Assembly: GCF_009914755.1 (NCBI RefSeq)
Contig: NC_060942.1
Length of the DNA: 64,000 bases
Origin: the human T2T-CHM13v2.0 reference genome, Homo sapiens
Direction: 5' to 3' (one strand)
Shown: positions 1 to 13,060 of the stretch, in pieces
Numbering within the stretch: position 1 is the stretch's first letter
Layout of the letters: the number at the start of each line of letters is the position of its first letter
Notes under the pieces: model-generated
What the model was told of the DNA's origin: nothing
The model's database searches: none
The model's input: only the letters and a program-made list of their open reading frames with translations
Program-made: the position numbers and the translations under genes

Positions 1-1865
1 CTGATTTATTGCCAATGAAACACTTACATGACCACTGGCCATGAGGAAATAGAACGCTGCCAGCTTCCCGAGTCCCTCCTATGCCTCTCCCAATCACGGT
101 CGCTTCTGTTTTCCCAAAAGTAACCCGTATCCTGGCTTTCACATTAGGCATGTACTTGTCCTTCTTCAAAGTTTTACTACTTAAGTGTACATCCCCAAAC
201 TATAGGTTTATTTTGGCCTTGTTTTCTGTATGTAAATGAGCTCATACAGTATGTATTCTTTTGTATCAGTCTTCTTTTAGATGCTATAATATTTGAGTTT
301 CATCTGTGTAACTGAATGCAGCTGGTTATTTATTTTTCACTGCTGTATAGTATTACATTGCATAGATATATTGCTATTTATTTACACGTTCTACTGTTGA
401 TATTCCTGGTGTTTCCAGTTTTTAGGTATTATGAATAATTGCACTATCAACAGTCTTGAACCTGTTGCTAGGTCTTAGGGGATGAGTATCTTCAACTTTG
501 GTAGATATTACTAAACAGTTTTTCAAAGTGCTATCAATTTATAGTCCTACATGGACTACATGTAGGGTATCAGATTTCCTGTTCTTCCACATCCTCACAA
601 ACACTTGATGTTGTTGACCTTTTTAACTTAGCCATTCTGGTGAGTGAGTAGGGGGTATCTCATTGTGGGTTCAATTTGAATTTTTCCTTGATTTCAGCAC
701 TTTTCTATGTTATTGGTGAACTGAAAACATTTTTGAGAAATGCCTGTCTTTTGCCAATTTTATTTTTCCTCATTGAATCCTTTATATAGTCTTTATTTGA
801 CTCCTTTGTGGTTCTATACATTACAAAGATCTGCTTTCACTCTGTAGCTTACCTTCTCACTCTCTTATTGATGTCTCTTGTTAAACAGAAGTTCCTAATT
901 TGACCGTAATCTGATTTATCTGACCTTTTCTTTATGGCTGGTATTTTTTGTTTTCTATCTAAAGGACATGAAGATAGTCTCCTATGCTTTCTTCTAGAAT
1001 ATTATGGTTTAACATTTCACATTTAGCTCTATAGTCCCCTGGGAACTGATTTTGCAGACAGAGTGAAGTAGGGGTCAAGATTCATTTTCCCTTCACTGTG
1101 CCAACGCCATTTATTGGGGAAAAAAATCATTTCCCCATTACCCAGCAGTGTCCCTTTTGTCAAATCAATTGTCCTTATATATGTGGACCTTTAAGTTCTA
1201 TTTCATCAATATGTTTTGTCTACCCTTATAACAATACTAAACTTAGAGTAAATTTGTAAGTCTTTGTTTTCGTTTTGAGATAGGATTTCGCTCTGTCACC
1301 TAGGTTGGAGTCCAGTGGTGCAGTCTCAGCTCACTGAAACCTCTGCCTCTGGGCTCAAGCAATCCTTCTGCCTCAGCCTCTCCAGCTGCTGGGACTACAG
1401 GTGTGCACCACCACACTTGGCTAATTTTTAAAATTTTCTGTAGAGACAGAGTTTCACCATGTTGCCCAGGCTGGTCTCAAGCAATCCTCCCACCTCAGCC
1501 TCTCAAGTGCTGGGATTATAGGTGTGAGCCACTGCACCTGGCCTATAGGTTTTAATTAGAGTACATCTGTAAGTTGTAGACATCTAGCAATGTAAGTATG
1601 GGCTTTATTCTTTTTCAAGGTTTTCTGTGCAATTCTAGGCGTTTTGCATTTCCATGTAGATTTTAGGCAAAACCAATTTGTCAAGTTTTCCCATTCCCCC
1701 AAAATACTGGGATTTGGATTGAGATTGCATTGAATCCGTAGATCAATTCTGAGATATCGAGCCTTCCAACTTATGAATCTAATGACCCTGGAGTGGTCCC
1801 TTATTTAGGGAACCCTTATTTAGATCTTTAGTTTCAATCACACTTTATTTTAGATTGATCTCTGA
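1..1865 (-). mobile_element. Old L1M fragment(s) (3' end/ORF2 region), interrupted by an Alu
   Basis: T-rich degenerate L1 motifs (cagtatgtattcttttgt; ttagccattctggtgagtg..gtatctcattgtgg; attgagattgcattgaatc..tagatcaatt). Confidence 0.75.
1263..1543 (-). mobile_element. AluJ
   Basis: Alu dimer in reverse with J-type motifs (gggctcaagcaatcc) and a small internal deletion near 1479. Confidence 0.9.
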
Positions 1866-1869
1866 GTAT

Positions 1870-2706
1870 TTGTTTTATTATTTATTTTTTTATTATACTT
1901 TAAGTTCTAGGGTACATGTGCACAACGTGCAGATTTGTTACATATGTATACATGTGACATGTTGGTGTGCTGCACCCGTTAACTCATCATTTACATTAGG
2001 TATATCTCCTAATGCTATCCCTCCCCCCTCCCCCCACCCCACGACAGGCCCCAGTGTGTGATGTTCCTGACCCTGTGACCAAGTGTTCTCATTGTTCAAT
2101 TCCCACCTATGAGTGAGAACATGTGGTGTTTGGTTTTCTGTCCTTGGGATAGTTTGCTCAGAATGATGGTTTCTAGCTTCATCCATGTCCCTACAAAGGA
2201 CATGAACTCATCCTTTTTTATGGCTGCATAGTATTCCATGGTGTATATGTGCCACATTTTCTTAATCCAGTCTATCATTGATGGACATTTGGGTTGGTTC
2301 CAAGTCTTTGCTATTGTGAATAGTGCCACAATAAACATACATGTTCATGTGTCTTTATAGTAGCATGATTTATAATCCTTTGGGTATATACCCAGTAATG
2401 GGATGGCTGGGTCAAATGGTATTTCTAGTTCTAGATCCTTGAGGAATCACCACACTGTCTTCCACAATGGTTGAACTAGTTTACAGTCCCACCAACAGTG
2501 TAAAAGTGTTCCTATTTCTCCACACCCTCTCCAGCACCTGTTGTTTCCTGACTTTTTAATGATCGCCATTCTAACTGGTATGAGATGGTATCTCATTGTG
2601 GTTTTGATTTGCATTTCTCTGATGGCCAGTGATGATGAGCATTTTTTCATGTGTCTTTGGCTGCATAAATGTCTTCTTTTGAGAAGTATCTGTTCATATC
2701 CTTTGC
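1870..2706 (-). mobile_element. 5'-truncated L1PA (L1PA3/4-like): 3' UTR and ORF2 C-terminus
   Basis: ttattatactttaagttctagggtacatgtgcacaacgtgcag 3' end. ORF2 peptides [23 protein letters not shown] and WNQPKCPSMIDWIKKMW. Confidence 0.95.
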
Positions 2707-3991
2707 AATTTCATTGTCTAATTGTTTATTGCTAGCATCAGAAATACACGTTATTTTTGTCTGTGACCTTGTGTCCAGAAGCCTTGTTAATTTTACTAGT
2801 TTATTGGCTAATTCTTTAAATTATCTATATCCTCAATCATGTCATTTACAAATAATGATAGTTCATTTTCTTCTGACCCTACCCAATTAATTTAAAAGGA
2901 AATCTTGCCATACTAGGCCAGGAACTCAGGTGATAGTTTCCTCAACGTATAGCAAAATTGAATATTGTACAGTGTACATTTGTATACCCACCATCTGGAT
3001 TCTACCATTCTAGATTTTACCAAGTTTACTATATCTGCTTTATCACATATATATCTATCCATCAAGCCATCCTTTTTTCCCTTTTCATAATGCATTTCAA
3101 AGTAATTTAAGGTACCAGTACACTCCCCACTAAATACTTAGGCATGCATAGCATCACCTAGCGACATTTTGAATAGAAGTGATAATAGACATCCTTTTTT
3201 TTGCTTCTGATCTCAGAATGAAAGCTTTTGATATTTTAAGTATGATGCGTTTGCTGTAGTTTTAAAATAATATTTATAAGATTAAGATAGCTTCCGTTTT
3301 TCCTAGTTCGCTAAACATTTCTAGCACTTGACTGCTGAATTTTATCACATTTTCCCCTGCATTTATTGAGATCATTTACTTTTCCTTCTGTATTCTTTGA
3401 ATAACTCTAATTGATTTGTGAATGACAAATCCAATTTGATCATGATGTATTTTTACACATTGTTTTTGTAGATTGCTAGTTTCTGTTTGCATCTATACCA
3501 TGAGGACTGGCCTATAATTTTCCTTTCTTGTATTGTTCTTGGCAAATTCTTTATATCTAAGGTTAAGCTGTTTTCATAAAACAAATTAGAAGGTTTTTCT
3601 ATTTTCTGGGAGACTGTCTAAAACTGGCATTATTTCACTCTTAAATGTTTGGTTAAATTCACTACTGAAGCCATCTTGGTCTGTAAATTTCCTGTGGCAG
3701 ATTGTAATTATGGACTCAATGTATGCGCTAGATATAGGATGATTCCAATGTTCAGGATCGTTTCATGTCAGTTTTGGAGAGTTTTTTTTTTTTTTTAAAG
3801 AATTTGTTCATTTTATGCAAAATCTAAAAACAACTTTAATGAGGCATACTTAATATATAAAACTGCACATATGTAATAAAGTGTACAATTTGATTAGACA
3901 TATGTATACACCTATCACTGCAATAAAGATCATTTCAACTAGATTTAAAATTTATTGGTATTCATAATATTCTCTTAAATATGTATACATA

Positions 3992-4206
3992 TTTTTGAGA
4001 CACGGTCTCTCACTCCATTGCCCAGGCTGGAGTGTGGTGCCATGACCACAGCTCACTGCAGCCTCTACCTCCTGGGCTCAGGTAATCCTCCTACCTTAGC
4101 CTCTCCAGTAGCTGGGACTACAGGCACACACCACCATGCTCAGCTAATTTGTGTGTGTGTGTGTGTAGAGACAGGAGGGTTTCACCATGTTATCCAGGCT
4201 GGCTCT
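3992..4206 (-). mobile_element. Partial AluJ with (TG)n in the linker
   Basis: cccaggctggagtg..cagctcactgcagcctc..gggctca; linker replaced by gtgtgtgtgtgtgtgt. Confidence 0.85.
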
Positions 4207-4331
4207 TAAATATTTTAAATGTCTGCATAATCTGAAGTAACTTACCTGTTTTCCTTTCTGATATTGGCTATTCCTCTCTCCTGCCCTTTCTCCTTCCTTC
4301 TTTGATCAGTCTTTTAAGGGGTTATGAATTC

Positions 4332-4615
4332 TTTTATTTATTTATTTTGGGACGGAGTCTCGCTCTGTTGCCCAGGCTGGAGTGCAGTGGCACAATCTCT
4401 GCCCACTGAACCCTCCACCTCCCAGGTTCAAGCAATTCTCTTGCCTCAGCCTCCTGCGTAGCTGGGACTACAGATGCCCACCACCACGCCCAGCTAATTT
4501 TTGTATTTTTAGTAGAGACGGGGTTTCATCATGTTGGCCAGGCTGGTCTTGAACTCCTGACCTCAGGTGACTCCCAAAGTGCTGGGATTACACATGTGAG
4601 CCAACATGCCCAGCC
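4332..4615 (-). mobile_element. AluS
   Basis: Alu dimer with cctgacctcaggtga and a short internal deletion near 4570. Confidence 0.9.
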
Positions 4616-4821
4616 AATGAGTCCTCTTAATCCTTTTAAATAACCAACTTTTGACTTTGATTCCCTTTATTGTATATTTGTGTTCTATATCAGTAATTTG
4701 GCTTATTTTTGGGTTTCATGTGCTGTTTTTAAAATTTTTGAGGTAATTGCTTAATTGATTTTTAACCTTTCTTCTTTTCTAACATAAACATTTAAATATA
4801 TATGTGTGTGTATATATATAT

Positions 4822-5020
4822 ATGAACAATAGACACTAGGGACTCCAAAACGAGGGAGGAAGGGAAGGAGAGAGGGAAGCAAGTGCTGAAAAACTTTCTA
4901 TTGGGTACTATGTTCACTATCTGGGTGACAGGATCATTAGGAGCCCAAACCTCAGCATCATCAATATATTCTTGTAACAAACCTGAACAGGTACTCTTTA
5001 AATTTAAAATAAAATTAAAA
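4822..5020 (+). mobile_element. Short L1 3' end fragment (L1PA/PB, older primate)
   Basis: aatagacactagggactcc..ctattgggtactatgttcactatctgggtgac..cccaaacctcagcatca..taaaataaaattaaa. Confidence 0.8.
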
Positions 5021-5239
5021 GGTCTTCTAAGCATAGTTTTATTTGCATCCCACAAGTTTTTTCTCTGTTTTGATATGTAGTATTTTCATGATCAGTTCAA
5101 AATATTTCAAATTTCCATTAAGATTCTGACAGATGGGTTACCTGGAAATCTATTTCCAAAAATATGAGGATTATAAAATTATCTTTTTGTAAATAATTAG
5201 TCTTGATTCTATTATGGTCAGAGAACATATTTCATTTGA

Positions 5240-5553
<314 letters not shown>

Positions 5554-8500
5554 TGTTGAAACCTTTATAGCCCAGTATTTTGGAGTGTGTGCCATTTGTG
5601 TTTGAAAAGTATGTTATCGAGTTTGGTGTCCTACATACATCCGTTTGGTTTGCTCATTTCATTGCTTAAATCTTTTATAACTTGATTTTTGTATGCTAGT
5701 TTTTCTACCAATTAACAAAATAGGCATGTTAAAATATCACTCTGGTTGCATATTTGTCTAAATTTCCTATCAAATTTTCTTTTACATATTTTGAGTTTAT
5801 ATTTTAAGTGCATATAAATTTAGATTATCTTTCTAGTAATTGAATTGACCCTTTTATTTCTTAAAAAAATTATTGCCTTAAAGTTTACTTAAATATATCT
5901 ACACCAGTTTCCTCATGGTTACTGTTTGCTGGGTATGTATTTCTCCATCTTTTTCTTCCAAAATTTCTAAATTCATGTTCTAAAAATGTCTCTTGTAAAT
6001 AGCATATGGTTTAAAACAAGGCTGACAATATTTGTCAACATTTGAGCATTAGTCCATTTACATTTAGTGTAATAATGGATTTATCACAAATATCTTGCTT
6101 TCTATTTGTTCCACCTGTTCTGCTTTTTCTTCTTTCTTAGACTCTTTTGCAATTCTTAAATCTTCCACTGAATTGATTATTCGAATTCTCTCTTATTATG
6201 TGGAAAGCTATACACTTTTATTGATATCTCAAATATTATCATGCATACATGAGTTATCAAAGACTAATATTAAATGAATTTTTACTCTCTTCTTGGATGA
6301 TGCCAAGTGTCTTAGAACACTTAAAATTCCCACATAAATCCTTTCATTTTCATACATTTTATTTCTCTATATATTTAAAACTCCATAAGACATAATTATT
6401 GTTTTATGTAGTCAATATTTATGTGTCATTTTCATTGCTCTTCAATCTTTCCTAGGGCTCTGTCCTTACGTTTGGGATTATTTTCCTTCTGCCTGTAAAA
6501 CACCTTTTAAATTTTCCTTTAGGGTAGGCGTGCTGATTAATTCTTCTAGCTGTTTCTCTAAAAATGTCTTCATATCCTCTTCATTTTTGCAGGATATTTT
6601 CCCTGATTAGAAATTTTTAGGTTGGCAGTCATTTTCTTTCAGAACCATAAAAGGCAGTATTTCACTGTCTTCCATTGTTTCTGCTGAGAAGGAGCTGTCA
6701 GTCTAATATTATTGCTCCTTTAATGGTTATATTCCCTCTCCCACCCCAGCAGGTCTAAAATATTATTTTTCTTTGGTCTTCAACAGTTTTACTATGATGT
6801 TTCTAGGTGTGGGTTGTTTTTATTTATCCCACTTGGAGTTTGTGGGAGGGATTCTTGAATTTTTGGTGTGATATCTTTCATGAGTTTTGGAAAAGTTCTC
6901 AGCCATTTGTTTAAATATTCCTTTCTTCTACTCTTTTGAGATGCCAACTACCCTGCATGTCTGAGCAGGTCAGACATGCTCACTGTACCCTTTAAGTCTC
7001 TTACCCTCTATTCTCCATGTTCTGTTTTTTTTACTATATAATTCCTGCTCCCACCCCTCACCCTCAATTTTTCATCTTACTCATTCTCTTTTCAGTTATT
7101 TCTAATCTGCTCTTAAACCTGTTCACTGTTCTTCTCATTACAGTACTTTAGTTATAGAATTTCCAATGCGCCTTTTACAGTTTCTAACTCTCTGTTGAAA
7201 TTCTTGACCATGCGTCTCATTTTTTTGAACACAGTAACCATAGCTGTTTTAAATTCTGCGACAACTTTATCTGGAGTCTGTTTGGATATTTCTATTGTCT
7301 GTGTTTTCCTCTAATGGTTTTAATTCAAGTAATTAATGTTGTCTGGTCTTCTCCCATACCTGGGTATTTCTGATTGCAACACTGCAGAAATAATTTGAGG
7401 CCTTGGGTTATGTTTACTTCCTCCACAGAATTTGCCATTTGCTTCAATTGGGCACCTGAAGGCATCAGTAATCTGGTTTCACCTCGGACCACATTCAGGT
7501 ACTGAGGTGGTTTAGAAGTTGAACTGCACTACCCATGAGGGATAGTCCAATGACAGTAATGGAGGACCAACCCTCAAGCTAAGGACAACTTGGAAATCTG
7601 GTAAAAATATTTTTAAAATTTGCTTGAAGGACCCCAGAGTCAACAAGATAGTTAAGTATTACTTGTCCAGTTCTATGGGGCTGCTTTTCCTCTGGGGGAT
7701 TTTGCTAATGCCAGAGGCTGTGTCTGAGTAGCTGACATTTAGACAGCCTTGTGAAGTTAGATTAGGGGTTGAGTATGACCTGGCCAAGGGTCTTGGGGCT
7801 ACTGGTGAGTCTCCCTTGCTTTGAGTGGGAACTCTGAATAGCTATACGCTAATGAGATTAAATTTTATGCTTTAATTCATACAAAATAAATATGCATTAT
7901 TTGCTGTGGATTGTGTGTTATAATCTACTTCTCAGTTCTTCATATGCATAGCTAGCTTAGCTCTTCATCACTGAATAGAAACTGACCTCTTTGACTCCAG
8001 GAGGTGATGTAGGACACTGGAATTGTTCTGAATTTGGAGTCAGAAGGCCTAATAATCAGTCCCTAAAATCAAGTGGCAACTACTGATATTGCAGGATAGT
8101 GCCTAGGAAAGAATTAAGAGACCCAAAGGGTTGACCTTGCAGAGACTCCAGCCTATGAAGTATCAGCAAGTGCCAAAAATTTATGGCTCTGCAAAAAAGC
8201 ACAGGGTGACTCAATTATGCAGAGAGCTCTACCACCCAATGCAAAACCCTGGCTCCCGGAATCTAAAGGACGAAATGTTGCTTAAAGTATGATATATTAA
8301 CAATTCCAGTGCTTAAAAGTTTCCCTCACTAAATATTTCTCTTGGATGTACCTTAGCAAGCTCTTAGGAAGTTGCTGAGTGTTCTGATGCTGGTCCTGTG
8401 TCCTTTCCACTTTCTATCGTCTACTTCCCAGCTCCTGTGCTTTCCTTCCAGAGAGAACTGTGTGTGCAGTGTACTTTCTATGCTTCACCTTCAGGGACCT

Positions 8501-8921
8501 TCTCTTCTTTCCTTTCTCTGTCTTTGTCCTTGAGCTGTGCTGTCTGCACTGCTGAATGGTGGCAGTCCTGCTGCAAGGTTGTTGTTCATAGATTGTATGA
8601 CACCAGCCTCAACGGGTGACTGTGGGAACTAGAGTTAGAAATCTGAAGCTCTTCTGCAAAGTGCCTTGAACTCTTGATAGGGAAGATGCTATTGAAAGGG
8701 ACAAATTCTTTTAAAAGTAAATATTGTGGCAGAAGTCTTTGTTGATAAAATGACACAATGCAGTAACAGCTTCAGATCTGGGGTAAAATCAGATGCCAAT
8801 TTCCATCTGATCACACGATGATCCTGTGTTGCATCATTACACATTTTTACTTCGTGTAAAAATTTCTAAGCAAACTAATACTCAAAATTAATGCAAGTAT
8901 AATGAAAGTTTATCATTCAGA

Positions 8922-8927
8922 TTTATT
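8922..8927 (-). terminator. DYM: Candidate distal polyadenylation signal AATAAA of DYM (long 3' UTR)
   Basis: tttatt on + strand at the edge of a mostly unique block (8930-11480). U-rich minus-strand sequence follows (ttaattttgagtattagtttgctt). Confidence 0.6.
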
Positions 8928-10541
8928 GCCATATAATAAATCTTTCACAAAAATCAGGAAGAAGCCTCTGGTGACTTTGCAGAGCTGAGGCAGTGATGCA
9001 CGTGGTGGGGCCTCCCTCCTGAGCGGGAACCAGGACTGGGAGCATCACTTGCAGGCCTCCATGGAGGCTGCTGCCCCAGCTGAGCTGTTAGCTAGTGAGT
9101 GCTTCTACTGTGTGATGAATGAGAAAAGGGAAAGAGGGGAGGGCAATCAGGGTTCTGGGGGCACCTCAGTGAGCCCAGAGGCCTGGAGGAGAGGCTGTAT
9201 GATTCCCCAGTCAGGCCTTCCTTGGGAGTGTGCCCTCTGTCAAGATGACTGGGTTTTTGAAGGGCCTCATTTCCTCACACAACAAGCACTGACAGTCCTG
9301 CAGCCCAGGGACTGTCCTGTGGCACTGCCCAGCCCTCAGACTCAGAGGACAGTTCTGTGGTCCTGCCAGAAGCTCAGCTGTTCCACATGACCCTTAAACA
9401 TTTAAACAATTTTTTGGTTTAAAGGAAAAGGAAGCCAATCAAAATGCTTTGGAAACAAATTAAAGTTGCAAATTATTTCCCCACATAGTAAATACATATC
9501 CTTGCTACCTGAAATGATAATCATCACTCCCCCTGCTGGCTGAGAGCGCTTCTCCTCCTTCAGACTGGCTCTGCCACAAAGCTAAGTATTAGTAGAAGTT
9601 GTTGCCAAGCCTCACCTCTAGCCTGTACATGGGCTCTGAGGTGAACACAGGAGTCAGAGTCCCCACTCCAGCAGTGACTGGAGGAGGCCTGACAGAACAA
9701 GCCCCTTGGGGACAGGAGGCAAGCTGCACTCACCTCTGGGACCCCACCAGGGATGGGCGCTCCACGAGTCCCTTGGCCTTAGGGAACCTCTGTTTCATTC
9801 CATCCAGACGAGGATAGGGAAGCTTCCTGCCCTACCTCGACAGCCTCTAAGAGCACAGCTTGGCCAGGCCTTCCCGTGTGGAGCCCACACAGTGGTGCAC
9901 TGAGAGGCTGCCAGTGTTTTGACCTTTTACAGAGCTTGGGGTGACTGAGAATGGTTCCTCCGAGGCCCTCGGAAGATTTGATGGACTCAAATAACACGGG
10001 CCTGCAGCCCTGGGACACAGGACAGGAGAAGCCAGCCCTGACACAGATGAGCTGGCAGTGGATTCGAACAGTGTGCTCAGTCTCGTCTGGGCTTTTGTGC
10101 TTTCTATGTTGAAGACCAAATACTTTTTCTTTGAGAATGAAACTAGGCTCCTTATCTAGACTGTGAAGGGGCCCGTGAGGACACAGAGTGTGACTGGAAA
10201 GGAAGGTCCCAACTGGCCCTCAATGTGGCCCCAGTGGCTGTTTCCCTGCAAGAAGCTCCTTCCTCCAGCTCAGGCACCAACACACGGATCACACCGGCCC
10301 AGAAACAAAGAGCAAAACATGCTTTTCATCCCACGTGGAATACAGTATGAACAAATTACTCTCCTTTTTCTATTAGTGTGGGTGAAGGAAAAAGACTGTT
10401 TTCAAATGAAGCTTTTCTTTTTCCCAATGATTAATACAGAGTAGATTAACTTAATTTGTGCTAGACTCCAATTTAATTCCAGCAACAGTTCACAGGCCAT
10501 ATTCACAGAAAAGTTAATCTGGGCTTCATGAGAAGTAGCCA

Positions 10542-10858
10542 TTTTCTTTTTCTTTTCTTTCTTTTTTTTTTTTTGCGAGACAGGGTCTCACTTTGTGGCT
10601 CAGGCTGGAGTGTACTGGCACGTTCTTAGCTCACTGCAGCCTTGAACTCCTGGGCTCAGGCAATCCTCCTACCTTAGCCTCCTGAGTAGCTAGGACTACA
10701 GGAATGTGCCATCATGCCTGGCTAATTTTTAAGTTTTTTGTAGAGATGGGATCTCACTATGTTGCCCAAGCTGGTTTCAGATTCCTGTGCTCAAGGGATT
10801 CTGCTAACTTGGCTCCCCAAAGTGCTGGGATTACAAATGTGAGCCACTGTATCTGGCC
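10542..10858 (-). mobile_element. AluJ (within the putative long DYM 3' UTR)
   Basis: Alu dimer with T-rich tail on +; TSD-like ccattttcttt/ccatattcttt. Confidence 0.9.
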
Positions 10859-11104
10859 CATATTCTTTTTTAAGAAAAGATGCAGAGGTGTTAAATATTA
10901 ATATCAAATTGTCCAGGCATGGTGTTTATGAAATTGTGTGCCCTCTGACAGGCAACCAAACACACACGACTTCATTTCTTTATTAATTCCTGCCTCATCA
11001 TCTTTTCTCATTGATGCTCCTTAATGTCAAAGGAATCTCTCTCTCTCACACACACATAAGACCAAAACAAATATCTTGAACATGCAAAAAAATAGTCTAC
11101 GCTT

Positions 11105-11165
11105 TTGAATAGTGTGCACTGTTGAATAGTGTGCACTGTTGGATAGTGTGCACTGTTGAAGTGTG
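11105..11165. repeat. 17-bp tandem repeat (TTGAATAGTGTGCACTG), ~3.6 copies
   Basis: Units start at 11105, 11122 and 11139 (one mismatch), with a partial unit at 11156. Confidence 0.95.
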
Positions 11166-11229
11166 ATGTGCCTAAGGCAACAGGATCTTGGGAAAGCTCT
11201 AGATTTTTGGCTTCGAAATAAAACTGCAT

Positions 11230-11483
11230 GTTGAATAGCAGGTTTTTACATTTATTATTGTTGTGTATTTCCTCCCCTTTTTGCAATACTATCTACGCTG
11301 AGTTATCTATTGCCAACTAGCACCAATTCTCCAAATCAAAGTGTGTGAGGAAAACACACTCGTGCAATCCTCTTTAACAGAAGATACACCAAGTAACCTG
11401 TCTGTCTACTTCTGTTACCCAGAAATAAAAGAACTTGAAGGGCTGCTTGGCTGGAGGGGTCCGGGTGGGAGAGCATCCTGCCC
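11230..11483 (-). other. DYM: DYM 3' UTR (proximal, short form)
   Basis: Directly follows the stop codon. AATAAA lies on the minus strand at 11256-11251 with a U-rich element downstream (cagttttatttcg). Cleavage position is estimated. Confidence 0.8.
11251..11256 (-). terminator. DYM: Proximal polyadenylation signal AATAAA of DYM
   Basis: tttatt on + strand about 230 nt after the stop codon, with a U-rich downstream element. Confidence 0.75.
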
Positions 11484-11633
11484 TCAGTCGGAATCCATGG
11501 TGAACAGCTGGATGTCCTGTGGATTCCAGTACAGGCCGACTGCTGAGTTGTAGACAAGAGACCAGACATAGGGGATAAAAAACTCCTCGGGCTGCTCCTC
11601 TTCCACATATTTGAATTTCAATTCTGGAAATTT
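11484..11633 (-). CDS. DYM: Terminal coding exon of dymeclin ([49 protein letters not shown])
   Basis: Peptide matches the recalled C-terminus of human dymeclin. On the minus strand a pyrimidine-rich acceptor (tcttattttcattgcag|AAA) has its CAG at 11636-11634. The 150 nt are in phase 0 and end in TGA at 11486-11484. Confidence 0.96.
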   Translation of the reverse strand, partial: KFPELKFKYVEEEQPEEFFIPYVWSLVYNSAVGLYWNPQDIQLFTMDSD

Positions 11634-12769
11634 CTGCAATGAAAATAAGATGATTTTATAATCCCACAGTTCCATGCACAAGCAAAAGTGGTGAGAGTTT
11701 GCAGGTGGTGCTGTGGTGTGCGGGGAGCCCACCCACCCCTGCCAACTGGTCACAGGGCATGAAAGCTCTGGGGCTTTAAAATATTTCAGCTATCAAATGG
11801 CTCCTGAGAAAATGTGAATTACCGATGGAGAGAGCAAGTAACACAATGGGTCCTGGTTGGCTAATGTCAGTTTGGCTGATAGTTCCCTGCTAGGGACCCC
11901 AACAGTGGTTAAGGTATGATGAGAAATATCCTAGCTGAGACATGGACCCTGCCTGGGAGGCAGACAAGGCTCAGGCTGATATTCCCCAGAGTGCAATGCT
12001 AGGGACTGGCTTTTGAGAGGCACTGTCCTCAGGGTTCCACCATTCTGGAGGTGAGGACCTTCCCCTTCACAATCCTGAGCCCTGACCTGAAGGGGTAGGC
12101 ATGTGCCACCGGTGGAGGGGGGCTACTCTGGAGGAGCGGGGGTCTGGGGTGGCCAGCTTTCTTGGCCATAGCTTGGCCTCAGTCTCTTCCTCCCTGGAGG
12201 CAGGAGCAATGGCTTTGGCTTTGCGGAGAGGGAGCCCGAGGCTGCTCCTCATGGAGTCTGGGAAAAGGCCTAGGCCTGGCTCTACAAACACATCGCAGGT
12301 GCCCTGGTCTGCAAACTCCAGTCCTCTGTTATGTAAGGAGTCGTGCAGCTCAGTGGCCTAAGGCAGCACTTGCGTTTTAGCACATCACTGGGATTTGGGC
12401 TTTTGATTTTCTACTTTTATTCCTGGCCTATTTATTCCAGCCAGGGCAGAGGAAGTGATTCCACTTTCAGCAGCTTGAGGAGTGGCTAGAGTCTACCCAA
12501 GGCCCCTGGGCCTCTCCTTTGCCAAGGCGTCGCTGGCAGGAGTGGCTGCAGCTTGGTGACCCTTGTCCCAGGTTGGGTGGGGAGAGAGGGGACAGGGTCC
12601 TGGGAGGAGGAGGACGGTGGAAGGCTGAGGAAGAGGGGGCTGAAAGAGAGGAAACCACACACTTCCCCACATGCATCCACAGCCACACTTATTATACTAT
12701 ACTGGAAGACATGGCCCATAGGGCAGAGAGGTTTTTATCTGTTTTGTCAGGTGCTGCATCCCCAAGGAT

Positions 12770-13060
12770 ATTAGCCAGGCACTTAATAAACTGATGAGTG
12801 AATGAATCAATGAAGCAATCAACCAAGTATTGAGGGCCAACTATGTCCCAGACACACTGTAGATGCTTTGTATGTATTATCTAATTTAGTCCTTCTTATG
12901 GGAGTCCATTCATTTGTTCATTCACTCATTCTTCATTCTACTGACTATCTGCTGGCAGGTGCCAGGCAGGCACTGTGTGGGCCAGGGCCTAGAGATACGG
13001 GGGTGCGGCAGCCAAACCCAGCTCCTGTTCTCATGGAAGGTAAATCTTCATGGAGGAGAG
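12770..13060. mobile_element. L2/MIR fragments
   Basis: aggcacttaataaa..gaatgaat; caagtattgagggccaactatgtcccagacac; cattcatttgttcattcactcattc..gtgccaggc. Confidence 0.6.

Noticed and set aside
1855-2735. ORFs with reverse-transcriptase-protein (ORF2) similarity
   Set aside because: Truncated L1 ORF2 C-terminal fragments, non-functional; the same applies to 56002-56866.
11105-11165. Iron-responsive element (CAGUGC repeats on the DYM strand)
   Set aside because: The 5 nt either side of CAGUGC (uucaa / acacu) do not pair, so the IRE upper stem is absent.
11634-11753. N-terminal 40 aa of the 89-aa ORF 11484..11753
   Set aside because: Intronic read-through upstream of the splice acceptor; only 11484-11633 is dymeclin.
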